Position numbers and translations under genes: made by a program. A stretch of 64,000 bases of DNA, from assembly GCF_009914755.1 (NCBI RefSeq), contig NC_060947.1; one strand, written 5' to 3'. The notes below the pieces were generated by a model. The model saw only the letters and a list, made by a program, of their open reading frames with translations, made no database searches and was not told the DNA's origin. Each line of letters opens with the position of its first letter. Within the stretch, counting starts at the first letter, position 1. This document shows, one piece after another, positions 1-16,800 of this stretch. The DNA comes from the human T2T-CHM13v2.0 reference genome, Homo sapiens.

Positions 1-3000
1 TTTCACAGATAGCTTCTATTTAGTTTTTATCTGTAGATATTTTATTTTTCATTACAGGCCTCAATGGTGTCCCAAATGTCCCTTTGCAGATTCCACAAGA
101 AGAGTGTTTCCAACCTGCTGAAAGAAATGTTTAACATATTGAGATGAATCTACACGCCACAAAGCAATTTCAGAAATAGCTTCTTTCTAGCTTTTGTCTG
201 GGAATATTTGGGAATCTTCACAGATTTTACAGGAAGGGTGTTTCCAACATGCTGAATCAAAAGAACTTTTAACTCTGTGAGATGAATCCACCCATCAGAA
301 AGCAGTTTCACAGACAGCTTCTTTCTATTTTTTATCTGGGGATATTGGATTTTTCAAGATAGGCCTCAATGGGCTTCCAAATGCTTCTTCACAGCTTCTA
401 CAAGCAGAGTGTTTCCAACCTGCTGAATCAAAAGAAAGGTTTAGATCTGTGACATGAATCCACATATCACACACAGGTTTCACAGATTGCTTCTTCCTAG
501 TTTTTATCTGGGGATGATTGGTTATTCACCAAAGGCCTCAATGGGCTCCCAAATTTCCCCTCACAGATTTACAAAAAGAGTGTTTCCAACCTGCTGAGTT
601 AAAAGAATGGTTTAACTTTTTGAGATGAATCCACACATAACAAAGCAGTTTCACAGATACCTTTTTCTAGTTTTTATCTGGGAATAATCAGTTTTTCACC
701 ATAAGCCTCAATGGTCTGCCAAATGTTTCTTTACAGATTCTACAAGAGGAGTGTTTCCAACCTGCTCTAACAAAAGAAAGATTTAACTCCGTGATATTAA
801 TCCACACATCAGAAAGCAGTTTCACAGATAGCTTTTTTCCAGTTTTTATCTGTGAATATTTGGTTTTTCACCATAGGCCTCAATAAGCTCCCAAATGTCC
901 ACTCACAGATACTACAAGAAGAGTGTTTCCAACCTGCTGAATCAAAACCAAGGTTTAACTCTGTGAGATGAATCCACACATCACAATGCAGTTTCACAGA
1001 TAGCTTATTCTTAGTTTTTATCTGGGGATATCAGTTTTTCACAGTAGGCCTCAATGGGTTTTCACGTGTCCCTTCACAGATTGTACAAAGAATTTTTCCA
1101 ACTTGATGAATCAAAAGAATGGTTTAACTCTGAAAGGTGAATCCACACATCACAAAGCAGTTTCACAGATAGCTTCTTTCTAGTTTTTTTCTGGGGATAT
1201 TCTGTTAATCACCATATGCCTCAATGGTCTCCCAAATGTCCCTTTGCAGATTCTACAAGAAGAGTGTTTCCAAACTGTTCAAATGAAAGAAAGGTTTAAC
1301 ATATTGAGATGATTCCACACATCACAAAGCACGTTCACAAATAGCTTCTTTCTAGTTTTTATCTGAGGATATTCTGTTTTTCACCATAGGCCTAATTTGG
1401 CTCCCAAATGTCCATTCACAAATTCTACACGAATAATATTTGCAACAAGCTGAAGCAATAGAAAGGTTTAACTCTGTGAGATGAATGCACAAATAAGAAA
1501 CCAGGTTCACAGATAGCTTCTTTCTAGTTTTTATCTGGAGATATTCGGTTTTTCACCATAGGTCTCCACGGTATCCCAAATGTCCCTTTGCAGATTCTAC
1601 AAGAATAGTGTTTCCAACCTACTGAATCACAAGAAAGGTTAACTCTGTGAGATGAATCCACACTTCACAAAGGAGTTTCACAAGTAGATTCTGTCCAGTT
1701 TTTATTGGAGGATATTCAGGGGTTCCCTATAGGCCTGAATGACATCCCAAACATCCTTTCCAAGTTTCTATTAACAGAGCATTTCTGACCTGCTAAATTA
1801 AAAGAAATGTTTAACTCTGTGTGATCAATGCACACATCACAAAGCGGTTTCCCAGATAGCTTCTTTCTAGTTTTTATTGGTGGATATTCAGTTGTTCAGT
1901 ATAGGCCTCAATGGGCTCCCAACCTGGTGAATCAAAAGAAAGGTTTATCTCTGTGAGATGAATACATACATCACCCACCTGTTTCACAGATAGCTTCTTT
2001 CCAGTTTTTGTATGGGGATATTTGTTTTTTTCATAATAGGTTTCAATGGGCTCCCTAATGTCCCTTCACAGATTCTGCATAAGAGGGTTTCCAGCCTGCT
2101 GAATCAGAAAAATGTTTAACTCTGTGAGATGAAACCACACATCACAAAGTAGTTTCACAGATAGCTTCTTTCTACTTTTTATTGGCAGATATTCAGTTTT
2201 TTACTATGGGCCTCATCATTGTGCTCCCAAATGTCCCTTCACAGATTCTACAAACAGTGTTTCCAAACTACTGAGACAAAGGAAAAGCTTATATCTGTGA
2301 GATGAATTCACACATTGCAAAGCAGTTTCACAGATAGCTTCTTTCTAGTTTTGGTTGGAGTATATTTGGTTTTTCACTGTAGGCCTCAATAGGCACCAAA
2401 ATGTCCCTTTGCATATTCTATACTAGAATGTTTCCAACATGCTCAAACAAAAGAAAGGACTAACTCTCTGAGATAAGTCCACACATCTAAAAGCTGTTTC
2501 ACAGATACATTCTTTCTAGTTTTAATTGTGGGATATTCAGTTTTTCACTATAGCCCTATATGGGATTGCAAATGTTTTTTTGCAAATGCTACAAAAAGAG
2601 TGTTTCCAACTGGCTGAATCACAAGAAAAGTTTAACTCTGTGAGATGAATCCACACATCACAAAACGTTTTCACATATAGCTTCCTTTTAGCTTTGATCT
2701 GAAGATATTTTGTTCTTCACTATAGGCCTCAATGGGCTCCCAAATGTCCCTTCTTAGATTCTACAAAGAATGTTTCCAACTTGCTGAATCAAAAGAAAGA
2801 TTTAGCCTTGTGACATGAATTCACACTTAACAAAACATTTTAACAGATTGAGTCTTTCTAGTTTCTATCAGAAAATTTTGGTTTTCATTATAGGCCTAAA
2901 CATGCTCCCAAATATCCCTTCTCCTATTATACAAAAAGTGTTTTTCCAACTTTATAAATCAAAAGAAAGGTTTAACTCTGTGAAATGAAACCACATATCA

Positions 3001-6000
3001 CAAAGAGGTTTCACAGATAGCTTCTTAATAGTTTTTATTGGAAGATATTCTGTTTTTCACTGTAGGCCTCAAAGAGCTCCCAAATGTCCTTTTGCATATT
3101 CTACAAACAGAGTGATTCTAAACTGCTGAATCAAGGAAAGATTTAACTCCATGAGATGAATCCACTCATCACAAAGTGGTTTCACAGATAGCTTCTTTCT
3201 AGTTTTTATTCACAAATATTGAGTTTTTCAATGTAGCCCTCAATGACTTCCCAAAGGTCCCTTCGCATATTCTACAAAAAGAGTGTTTCCAAACTGCTGA
3301 ATCAAAAGAAAGTTTTAACTCTGTGAGATCAATCCACAGATTGCAAAGTGATTTCAAAAGTACATTCTTTAAAGTTTTTATCAGGGGATATTCAGATTTT
3401 CACTATAGGCCTCAATGGGCTCCCAAATGTCCTGTCCCAGATTCTACAAAAAGACTGTTTCCAGCCTCTTGAAAAAAAAGACAGGTTCAACTCTGTGAGA
3501 TGAATTCAACATCACAAAGTGGTTTCACAGAGAGCTTCTTTCTGTTTTTTGTTTGTTTGTTTGTTTTTTGCTTTGTTTTGTTTTTTGTGGTTAACTGGTA
3601 TTTCACTATAGGTGTCAATGGACTCCCAAATGTCCCTTCAGAGATACTACAAGAAGAGTTTTTCCAACCTGCTTAATAAAAAACAAACAAAAAAAAAGAT
3701 TTACCTCAGGGACATGAATCCACACATCACAAAGCAGTAGAACAGATATTTTCTTTCCAGTTTTTATCGGGGCATATTCAGTTTTTCACTACATACCTCA
3801 ATGGAATTCCAAATCTCTATTCACAGATTCTACAAACTGAGTGTTTGCATCCTGCTGAATCAAAAGAAATGTGTAATTCTGAGACATGAATCCACACATT
3901 GAAAGGAGTTTCAGAGACAGCTTCTTAATAGCTTTTATTGGAGGATATTCTGATTTTCACTGTAGGCCTCAATGGGATTCCAAATGTCCCATCACAGCTT
4001 CAACAAAAGGTGTTTTCCAACCTGCTAAATCAAAAGGAAAGTTTACCCCTGTGAGATAAATCTACACATCAAAAAAGCAGTTTCCCAGTTAAATTTTTTT
4101 TCAGTTTTTTTCAGGGGATATTCAGTTTTTCATTACAGGCCTCAGTGGTCTTCCAAATCTCTTTTTTCAGTTTCCTGAATCAAAAGACAGGTTTTCCTCT
4201 GTGAGATGAATCCAAACATCACAAAGCAGTTTAGCAGATAGCTTGTTTTTGGTTTTTAATGGTGGATGTTAGATTTTTCACTATAGTCCTCAATGGGCTC
4301 CAAGTGTCCTATCTCAGATTTTACAAAAGAGTGTTTCCAACTGGCTGAATCAAAAGACTGTTTTAACTCACTGAAATGAATCCACACATTGCAAAGCAGT
4401 TTCACAGAGAGCTTCTTTCTAGGTTTTATCAGGGGATATTCGGTTTTTCATTGTAGAGCTCCATAAGCTTCTTCAAGAAACAGAGTGTGTCTAACCTGAT
4501 GAATCAAAAGAAAAGTTTAACTCTTTGAGAGAAATCCACAAAATGTGAAGTGGTTTCACAGATCCTTTCTTCTAGTTTTTATCGGAAGATATTCCGTTTC
4601 TCACTATAGGCCTCAATGGGCCCCCAAATGTAAATTTGCAGATTCTACTAACAGATTCCAATGTGCAATTCAAAAGAAATGTTTAACTCTGTGAGATAAA
4701 TCCACACATCACAAAGTGGTTTCACAGATAGCTTCTTTTTAGTTTTTATCAGTGACTATTCCATATTTCACTATTGGCTTTAATGGGCTCTCTGATGTCC
4801 CTTCACAGATTCTACAGAGTGTTTTTGACCTGCTGAATCAAAAGAAAAGCTTAACCCTCTGAGATGAATCCATACATCACAAATAAGTTTCACAGATAAC
4901 TTCTTTCTAGTTTTTATCTAGGGATATTCAGTTTTTCACTATAGGCCTCAATGGGCTCCCAAATGTTTCTTCTTATATTCTACAATCAGGGTGTTTCCAA
5001 CTGTTAAATGAAAAGAAAGGTTTAACTTTGTGAGATGAATCTACACATCACAAAGCAGTTTCACAGATAGCTTGTTTCTAGTTTCTTTAGGAAGATATAC
5101 TTTTTTTATTATTGGCCTCAAAGGGCTCTCAAACTTGCCTTCTTAGATTTCACAAAAAGAGTGTTTCCAACCTGCTGAATCAAAAGCCAGGTATAACTCT
5201 GGGAGATGAATCCAAAAGTTGGAAAGCAGTTTCACACATAGCTTCTTTCTAGATTTTATTGGGGGATATTCAGTTTTTCACTGTAGTCCCCAGTGGTCTC
5301 CCAAATGTCCCTTCTCAAATTCTACAAAAATAGTGTTTCCAACCTCCTGAATCAAAAGACAGGTTTAACTCTGTGAGATGAATCCACACATCACAAAGCA
5401 GTTTCACAGATGATAGCTTCTTTTTAATTTTTATTGGTAGATAGATATTGGGTATTTTACTATAGGCCTCAATGGGCTCCCAAATGTCTCTTCAGAGATT
5501 CTACAGACTGTTTCCAACCTGCCGAATCAAAAGAAAGGTTTAACTCTGTGAGATGAATGCACACAATGCAACGCAGTTTCACAGATAGTTTCTTCTAGTT
5601 TTTATCGGGGGATATTCAGTTTTTCACTACAGGCCTTATTGGGCTCCCGAATGTAACTTTGCAGATTCTACTAACAAAGAGTTTCCAACCTTCTGAATCA
5701 AAAGACAAGTTTAACTCTGTGAGCTGAATCCGTACATCACAAAGCAGATTCACAGGTAGCTTCTTTCTAGTTACTATTTGGGGATATTCGGTTTTTTACT
5801 CTATACCTCAATAGGCTCTCAATTGTTTTATCCCATATTCTACAAACAAGGTGTTTCCAACTACTAAATCAAAAGTAAGGTTTAACACTGTGAGGTGAAT
5901 GCACACATTGTGAAGCAGTTTCACAAATAGCTTCTTACTAGATTTTATTGGGGGATATTTTGTTATTCATTATAGGCTTCAATGGTGTCCCAAATGTCCA

Positions 6001-6201
6001 TTCACAGATTCCATAAACAGAGTGTTTCCAACCTAATGCATCAAAACAAAGGTTTAACTCTGTGAGCTGAATCCACACTTTGCACAGCAGTTTCACAGAT
6101 AGCTTCTTTCTAGTTTTTATTCAGGGATATTCTGTTTTTCCCTGTAGTCCTCAAAGGTCTTCCAAATGTCCCTTCTCAGATTCTATAAAAAGAGTGTTTC
6201 C
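1..6201 (-). repeat. Monomeric alpha satellite (diverged, A-type monomers)
   Basis: Tandem ~171-bp unit gattctacaaaaagagtgtttccaacctgctgaatcaaaagaaaggtttaactctgtgagatgaatccacacatcacaaagcagtttcacagatagcttctttctag..., the reverse complement of the alphoid consensus; neighbouring monomers are clearly diverged. Confidence 0.98.
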
Positions 6202-7704
<1,503 letters not shown>

Positions 7705-8306
7705 AAAAAGAGTGTTTCCAACCTCCTGAATCAAAATACAGGTTTAACTCTGTGAGATGAATCTACACATCACAAAGTGGTTTCACAGGTATTTTCTTTT
7801 TAGTTTTTATCAGTGGATATTCGGTATTTCACTATAGGCCTCAATGGGCTCCCAAATGACTCTTCAGGTATCCTACAAACAGAGTGTTTCCAATCTGCTT
7901 AATCAAAAGACGGGTTTAAACCTGTGAGATGAATCCACTCATTGAAAGTGGTTTCACAGACGGCTTCTTTCCACTTTCATTGAAACATATATGGTTTTTC
8001 ACTATAGTCCTCAATGGGCTCCAAATGACTTTTCACAGATTTTATGAAAGAGTGTTTCCAACCTGCTGAATCAAAAGACAGTTTTAACTTGCTGAGATGA
8101 ATCCACACATCACAAAGCAGTTTCACAGACAGCTTCTTTCTAGGTTTTATCAGGGGATAGTCGGTTTTTCACTGTAGGCCTCATTGGGCTCTTAAATGTA
8201 GCTTTGTGTATTCAACAGAGCGTTTCCAACCTACTGAATCAAAAGAAAGTTTCAAATCTGTGAGATGAATCCAAACAATATGAAGAGGTTTCACAGATAC
8301 TTTCTT
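7705..8306 (-). repeat. Monomeric alpha satellite
   Basis: Same 171-bp unit, resuming in phase after the SSB TSD. Confidence 0.98.
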
Positions 8307-10007
8307 TCTTATTTTATTTATTTATTTATTTATTTTAATTATACTTTGAGTTCCAGGGTACACATGCGCAACATGCAGGTTGGTTACATATGTATACATG
8401 TGCCATGTTGGTGTGCTGTGCCCATTAACTCGTCATTTATATGACGAGGTATATCTCCTAGTGCAATCCCTCCCCCATCCTCCCACCCCATGACAGGCCC
8501 TGGTGTGTGATGTTCCCCACCCTGTGTCCATATGTTCTCATTGTTGGATTCCCACTTAAGAGTGAGAACATGTGATGTTAGGTTTTCTGTCCTTATGATA
8601 GTTTGCTGAGAATGATGGTTTCCAGCTTCATCCATGTCCCTACAAAGGGCATGAACTCATCCTTTTTTATGGCTGCGTAGTATTCCATGGTGTATATGTG
8701 CCACCTTTTCTTAATCCAGTTTATCATTGATGGGCATTTGGGTTGGTTCCAAGTCTTTGCTGTTGTGAATAGTGCCACAATAAACATATGCATGCATGTG
8801 TCTTTATAGCAGCATGATTTATAATCCTTTGGGTATATACCCAGAAATCGAATAGCTGGGTCAAATGGGATTTCTAGTTCTAGATCCCTGAGGAATCGCC
8901 ACACTGACTTCTGCAATGATTGAACTAGTTTACACTCCCACCAACAGTGTAAAATTGTTCCTATCTCTCCACATCCTCTCCAGCACCTGTTGTTTCCTGA
9001 CTTTTTAATGATCACCATTCTAACTGGTGTGAGATGGTATCTCATTGTCGTTTTGATTTGCATTTCTCTGATGGCCAGTGATGATGAGCATTTTTTCATG
9101 TGTTTTTTGGCTGCATAAATGTCTTTTTTTGAGAAGTGTCTGTTCATATCCTTTACCCACTTTTAGATGGAGTTGTTTGATTTTTTCTTGTAAATTTGTT
9201 TGAGTTCATTGTAGATTCTGGATATTAGCCCTTTGTCAAATGGGTAGATTGCAAAAATGTTCTCCCATTCTGTAGGTTGCCTGTTCACTCTGATGGTAGT
9301 TTCTTTTGCTGTGCAGAAGCTCTTTAGTTAAATTCGATCCCATTTGTCAATTTTGACTTTTGTTGCCATTGCTTTTGGTGTTTTAAACATGAAGTCCTTG
9401 CCCATGCCTATGTCCTGAATGATGTTGTCTAGGTTTTCTTCTAGGGTTTTTATGATTTTAGGTCTAACATTTAAGTCTTTAATCCATCTTGAATTAATTT
9501 TTGTATAAGATGTAAGAAGGGATCCAGTTTCAGCTTTCTACATATGGCTAGCCAGTTTTCCCAGCACCATTTATTAAATAGGGAATCCTTTCCCCATTTC
9601 TTGTTTTTGTCAGGTTTGTCAAAAATCAGATGGTTGTGGATGTGTGGTATTATTTCTGAGGGCTCTGTTCTGTTCCATTGGTCTATATCTTTGTTTTGGT
9701 AACAGTACCATGCTGTTTTGGTTACTGTAGACTTGTAGAACAGTTTGAAGTCAGGTAGCGTGATGCCTCCAGGTTTGTTCTTTTTCTTAATATTGTATTG
9801 GCAATGCAGGCTCTTTTTTGGTTCCATATGAGCTTTAAAGTAGTTTTATTTTCCAATTCTGTGAAGAAAGTCATTGGTAGTTTGATGAGGATGGCATTGA
9901 ATCTGTAAATTACCTTGGACAGTATGGCCTTTTTCACAAAATTGATTCTTCCTAACCATGAGCTTTGAATGATCTTCCATTTGTTTGTGTCCTTTTTTAT
10001 TTCATAG

Positions 10008-10010
<3 letters not shown>
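8307..10010 (-). mobile_element. L1PA (approx. L1PA4/5), 3' non-inverted part: ORF2 C-terminus, 3'UTR, polyA
   Basis: Minus-strand ORF2 peptides ([24 protein letters not shown]...[18 protein letters not shown]), (TTTA)n tail 8307-8337, TSD acagatactttctt at 8293-8306 and 10808-10821. Subfamily is approximate. Confidence 0.95.
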
Positions 10011-10807
<797 letters not shown>

Positions 10808-13800
10808 ACAGATACTTTCTTCTAGTTTTTATCACGGAATATTCGTCTTTTCACTATAGGCTTCAATGGGCTCCCAAATGTAACTTCGCAGATTCTAACA
10901 GAGTGTTTCCAACCTGCTGAATCAAAAGAAAGTTTTAACTCTGTAAAGTGAATCTACACATCACAAAGCTGTTTCTCAGATAGCTTCATTTTTAGATTTT
11001 ATTGATGGATATGTTATATTTCACTATAGGCTTTTATGGGCTCCCTAATATCCCTTCACAGATTCTACAAACCCAGTGTTTCCAAACTGCTGAATTAAAA
11101 GTCAAGTTTAAACCTGTGAGATGAATCCATACATCACAAATGAATTTCACAGATAGCTTCTTTCTAGTTTTCATCTGGGGACATTCTGTTTTTAACTATA
11201 GACCTCAATGGGCTCCTAAATATTTCTTCTCATATTCTACAAACAGGGATTTTGCACCTGCTAAATCAAAAGAAAGGTTTAACCCTGTGAGATGAATCCA
11301 CACATCACAAAGTGATTTCACAGATAGCTTCTTTCTAGTTCATATAGAAATGTATACAGTTTTTTATTATAGGCCTCAATGGGCTCTCAAATGTCTCTTC
11401 ACAGATTCTACAGAAAAAGTGTTTTCAACCTGGTGAATCAAAAGTCAAGCTTAACTCTATGAGATGAATCCACATGATGAAAAGCGATTTCACAGATTGC
11501 ATCTTTCTGTTTTTCATTGGAGGATATTCCGTTTTTCACTGTAGTTCTCAATGGTCTCCCAAATGTCCGTTCTCAGATTCCAGAAAAAGAGTTTCTCCCA
11601 GCCTCCTGAATCAAAAGATAGTTTCAAATCTGTCAGCTGAATCCACACATCACAAAGCAATTTCACAGATATCATCTTCTTTTTAGATTTTATCCATGGA
11701 TATTTAGTATTTCACTATAGGTCTCAGTTGGGTATTAAATGTCTCTTTAGAGTTTCTACAGACAGAGTGCTTCCAACCTGCTAAATCAAAAGAAATTTTA
11801 TGTCTGTGGGATGAATCCACACAATGCAATGCTGTTTCACAAGTACTTTCTTCTAGTTTTTGTCAGGGTATATTTTGTTTTTCACTATAGGCCTCATTGG
11901 GCTCCCAAATGTAACTTCACAGATTCTACTAACAGAGTATTTCCAAACTGCTGAATCAAAAGAAAGGTTTAACTCTGTGAGACAAAATCACACACCACAA
12001 TACGGCTTCAGAAATATCTTCTTTCTATATTTTATTGGGGAATATTTGATTATTCACTATAGGCCTCCGTGGTGCCCCAAGTGTCCATTCGCAGATTCCA
12101 TAAACAGTGTTTTCAACCTGACGAATCAAAACAAAGGTTTAACTCTGTGAGTTGAATCCACACTTCACAAAGTGGTTTCACAGATAGTTTCTTTCTTTTT
12201 TATGTCAGGAGATATACGGTTTTTTATTATAGGCCTCAATGGGTTCTCAAATGTCCCTTCACAGATTCTATAAAAAGAGTGTTTCCAACCTTCTGAATCG
12301 AAAGTCAGGTTTAACTTTATCACATGAATCCACACATTGGAAATCGGTTTCACAGTTTCTTTCTAGTTTTTATTGGAGGATATTTGGTTTTTCACTGTAG
12401 ACCTCAATGGTCTCCCAAATGCCTCTTCTCAGGTTCAACAAAAAGAGTGTTTCCAACTTCCTGAATCAAAAGACAGGTTAAACTCTGTGAGATAAATCCA
12501 CACATCATTTAACGGTTTCACAGATAGATAGCTTCTTTTTTATTTTTTATCAGTGGATATTTGATATTTCACTACAGGTCCCAGTCAGCTCCCAAAGGTC
12601 TCTTCAGAGATCCTACAGAGTGTTTCCAACCTGCTGAATCAAAAGAAAGGTTTAACTCTGTGAGACAAATCAACGTATTGAAAAGCAATTTCACAGATAG
12701 TTTCTTCCTAGTTTTTATCAGGGGATATTCGATTTTTCACTATAGGTTTCAAGTGGCCCCCAAATGTTTCTTCAAAGATTCTACAAAAAGTGTGTTTCCA
12801 ACCTGCTGAATCAAAAGAAAGGTTTAACTCTTTGAGATGAATCCACACTTTGCAACAAAGTTTCACAGATAGCTTCTTTAAAGTTTTCATCAAGGGATAA
12901 TTGGTTTTTCACAGTAGGACTGAATGGGCTCCCAAATGTTCCCTCTCAGATTCTACAAAAAAAGTTTTCCCAACCTGCTGAATTAAAATAAAGGTTTAAC
13001 TCTGTGAGATGAATCCACACATTGCATGCAATTTGTGAGATAGCTTCTTTATTGTTTTTATCAGTGGATATTTGGTATTTATTTTACTATAGGCCTCAAA
13101 GGGATCCCAAATGTCTCTTCACAGATTCTACAAACAGAGTGTTTCCAACCCGCTATATCAAAAGAAAGGTTTACCTCTGTGAGATGAATCCACACAATGC
13201 AAAGCAGTTTCACAGATAGCTTCATTCTAGTGTTTATCTGGGTATATTCAGTTTTTCATTATAGGCTTCAAAGGGCCCCAAATGTTTCCTCCCATATTCT
13301 ATAAACAGAGTGTTTCCAACCTGCTGAATCAAAAGACAAGTTTAACTCTGTGAGATGAATCCCCACATCACAAAGTGGTGTCACACATAGCTTCTTTCTA
13401 GTTTTTATTAGGGCATATTCGGTTTTTTACTTCGGGCCTCAATGGGATTGTAAATGCCGATTCTGTTTCTACAAACAGAGTGTTTCCATCCTGCTGAATC
13501 AAAAGAAATGTTTAATTCTGGAAAATGAATCCACACATTGCAAAGTGGTTTCCCAGATAGCTTCTTTCTAGTTTTAATGATGGGATATTCGGTTTTTCCC
13601 TGTAGTCTTCAATGGTCTCCCAAATGTCCTCTTGTAGATTCTACAAAAAGTGTGTTTCAAACCTGCTAAATCAAAAGAATATTTAACTCTGGGAGATGAA
13701 TCCATACATCGCAAAGCAGTTTCACACACAGCTTCTTTCTAGTTTTTATCTGGGGATATTTGATTTTTCACTATAGACTTTAGTGGGCTCCCACATGTCT

Positions 13801-16800
13801 CTTCTTAGATTCTGCAAAAAGAGTGTTTCCTACTTGCTGAATCACAAGAAAAGTTTACCTCTATGAGATGAATTCACACATCACAAAACATTTAAACAGA
13901 TAGTGCCTTTCCAGTTTTTATTGGAGGATTTTTTTTTTACTATTGGCCTAAATGTGCTCCCAGATGTCCCTTCTCAGATTCCTCAAAAATAGTGTTTCCA
14001 ACATTTTAAATCTAAAGAAACTTTTAACCCTGTGAAATGAATCCGCACATTGCAAAGCAGTTTCACAGATAGCTTCTTTCAGGTTTATATCCGGGACTGT
14101 TCTGTTTTTTACTATAATCTCCAATGGGCTCCCAAATGTCCTTCACAGATTCCACAAACAAAGTGTATCCAATCTGCTGAATTAAAAGTAAGTTTTAACT
14201 CTGTGAGATGAATCCACACATTGCAAAGCAGTTTCACAGACAGCTTGTTTCTAGTTTTTATCATGGGGTATTCAGTTTTTCACTATAAGCTTCTGTGGGA
14301 TCCCAAATGTCTCCTCAAAGATTCTACGAAAACAGGGTTTCCAATCTGATGAATCAAAAGAATGGTTTAACTCTGTAAGATGAATCCACACATGGCAAAG
14401 CAGTTTCACTGATACCTTCTTTCTAGTTTTTATCGGAGTATATACAATTTTTCACTATAGGCCTCAGTGGGCTCACATATGTTGCTTTTCAGATTCTACA
14501 AAAAGAGTTTTTCTAACATGCTGAATCAAAGGAAGATTTAATTCTGTGAGAAGAAGCCACACATGACAAAGAAGTTTCCCAGATAGCTTCTTTCTAGTTT
14601 TATTGGTGGATATTTTGTTTTCCAATATAGGCCTCAATGGGGTCCCAAGTGTACCTTCTCAGATTCTACACAAAGTGTTTCCAACCTGCTGAATTAAAGA
14701 AAAGGTTTAAGTCTGTGAGATGAATCCACACATCAAAATGCAGCTTCACATATAGCTTCTTTCTAGTTGTTATCTGAGGATTTTTCACTATTGGCCTCAA
14801 TGGGCTCCCAAGTGTCCCTTCAAAGATTCTACAAACAGAGTTTTTCCAACCTACTGAATCAAAAGAAAAGGTTAACTCTGTGAGATGAATCCACATATCA
14901 CTAAGCAGTTTCACACATAGCTTCTTTCTAGTTTTTATCTGGGGATATTTGGTTTTTCAACATCGGCCTCAATGGGCTCCCCAACCTCCCTTTGCAGATT
15001 CTACAAAAAGAGTGTTTCCAACCTGCTGAATCCAAAGAAAGGTTTAACACTGTGAGATAAATCCACACACCAGTTACACAGATAGCTTCTTTCTTGTTTT
15101 TATCTGGGAATATTCGGTTTTTCACCATAGGCCTGAATGGGCTCCCAAATGTCCCTTTGCAGATTCTACAAAATGATTCTTTCCAATCTCCTGAATGAAA
15201 GAAAGGTTTATCTCTGTGAGATGAATGCACACCTCACAAAGCTTGTTCACAGGTAGATTCTGTCTAGTTTTATTGGGGGATAGTCTGTTTTTCACTGTTG
15301 ACCTCAATTGGCTTCCAAATATCCCTTTGCAGATCTTACAAAAAAGTATTTCCAACTTGCTGAATCAAAAGACTGGTTTAACTCTGAGAGATGGATCCAC
15401 ACATTGCAAATCAGCTTCCCAGATAGATTATTTCTAGTTTTTATCAGGGGTATTCAGCTTTGCATTTTAGGCTTCAATGGGCTTTCAAATGTCTCTTCAC
15501 AGTTTCTACAAACACAGTGTTTCCAACCTACTGAACCAAAAGAAAGATTTAACTCTGCGAGATGATTCTAAACATTGCAAAGTGGTTTCACAGACAGCTT
15601 CTTTCTAGTTTTTATCAGGGGATATACGGTTTTTCACTATGGTCCTCAATTCACCCACAAATATCACTTTTCAGATTCTATAAAAAGAGTGTTTCTAACG
15701 TGCTGAATCAAAGAATGGTTTAATTCTTTGAGATGGATCCACAAATCACAGAGCAGTTTCAAAGATAGAATTTTTCTGGATTTTTTCAAGAGATGTTGTT
15801 CAGTTTTTTATTACAGGCTTCAATGGGCTAGAAAATATCACTTTGCAGATTATACAAAAATAGCATTTCAAACCTGCAGAATCAAAAGATAGGTTTAACT
15901 CGGTGAGATGAACCCATACCCAACAAATTGTTTTCACAGACAGCTTTTTTCTACTTTTTATCAAGGGATATTTGGTTTTGAACTATAGGCCTCAATGGGC
16001 TCCCAAATATCTCTTCACAGATTCTACAGAGTGTTTCCAACCTGCTTAGTCAAAAGGAAGGTTTAACTCTGTGAGACGAATCTACACATCAAAATGTGGT
16101 TTCACATATAGCTTCTTTCTAGTTTTTATCAGGGGATATTCGGGTTTTCACTGTTGGCCTCAGTGGTCTTTCAAATGTCCCTTCACAGATTCTACAGAGT
16201 GTTTCCAAACTGCTGAATAAAAAAAAATAAGACTTAAGTCTGTGAGATGAATCCATACATCACAAAGTGCTTTCACAGATAGCATCTTTCTAGTGTATAT
16301 CAGGAGATATTATTTTTTTCACTATAGGCCTCAATGGGCTCCCAAATTATCCTTCCCAGAGTCTACAAACAGAGAGTTCCCAACCTGCTGAATCAAAAGA
16401 CAGGTTTAACTCAGTGAGGTGAATCCAAACATCACACAGTAGTTTCATGGTAGCTCCTTTGAAGTTTTTATCAGGGATATTCCATTTTTCTCTGTAGGCC
16501 TCATTTGGCTCCCAAATGTTTCTTTGCCAATTTTACAGAAAGAGTGTTTACAACCTGCTGAATCAAAAGACAATTTTAAATCTGTGAGATGAATCCACAC
16601 ATCACAAAGAGGTTACATAGATAGCTTCTATCTAGTTTTTATCATGGGATATTTGGTTTTTCACTATTGGCTTCTATGGGATCCCAAACATCTCTTTGCA
16701 GATCTTACAAACCATGTGTTTCCAACCTAGTGAATCAAAAGACAGGTTTACCTCTCTGAGATGATTCAAAACATTGCAAAGTGGTTTCACAGATAGCTTC

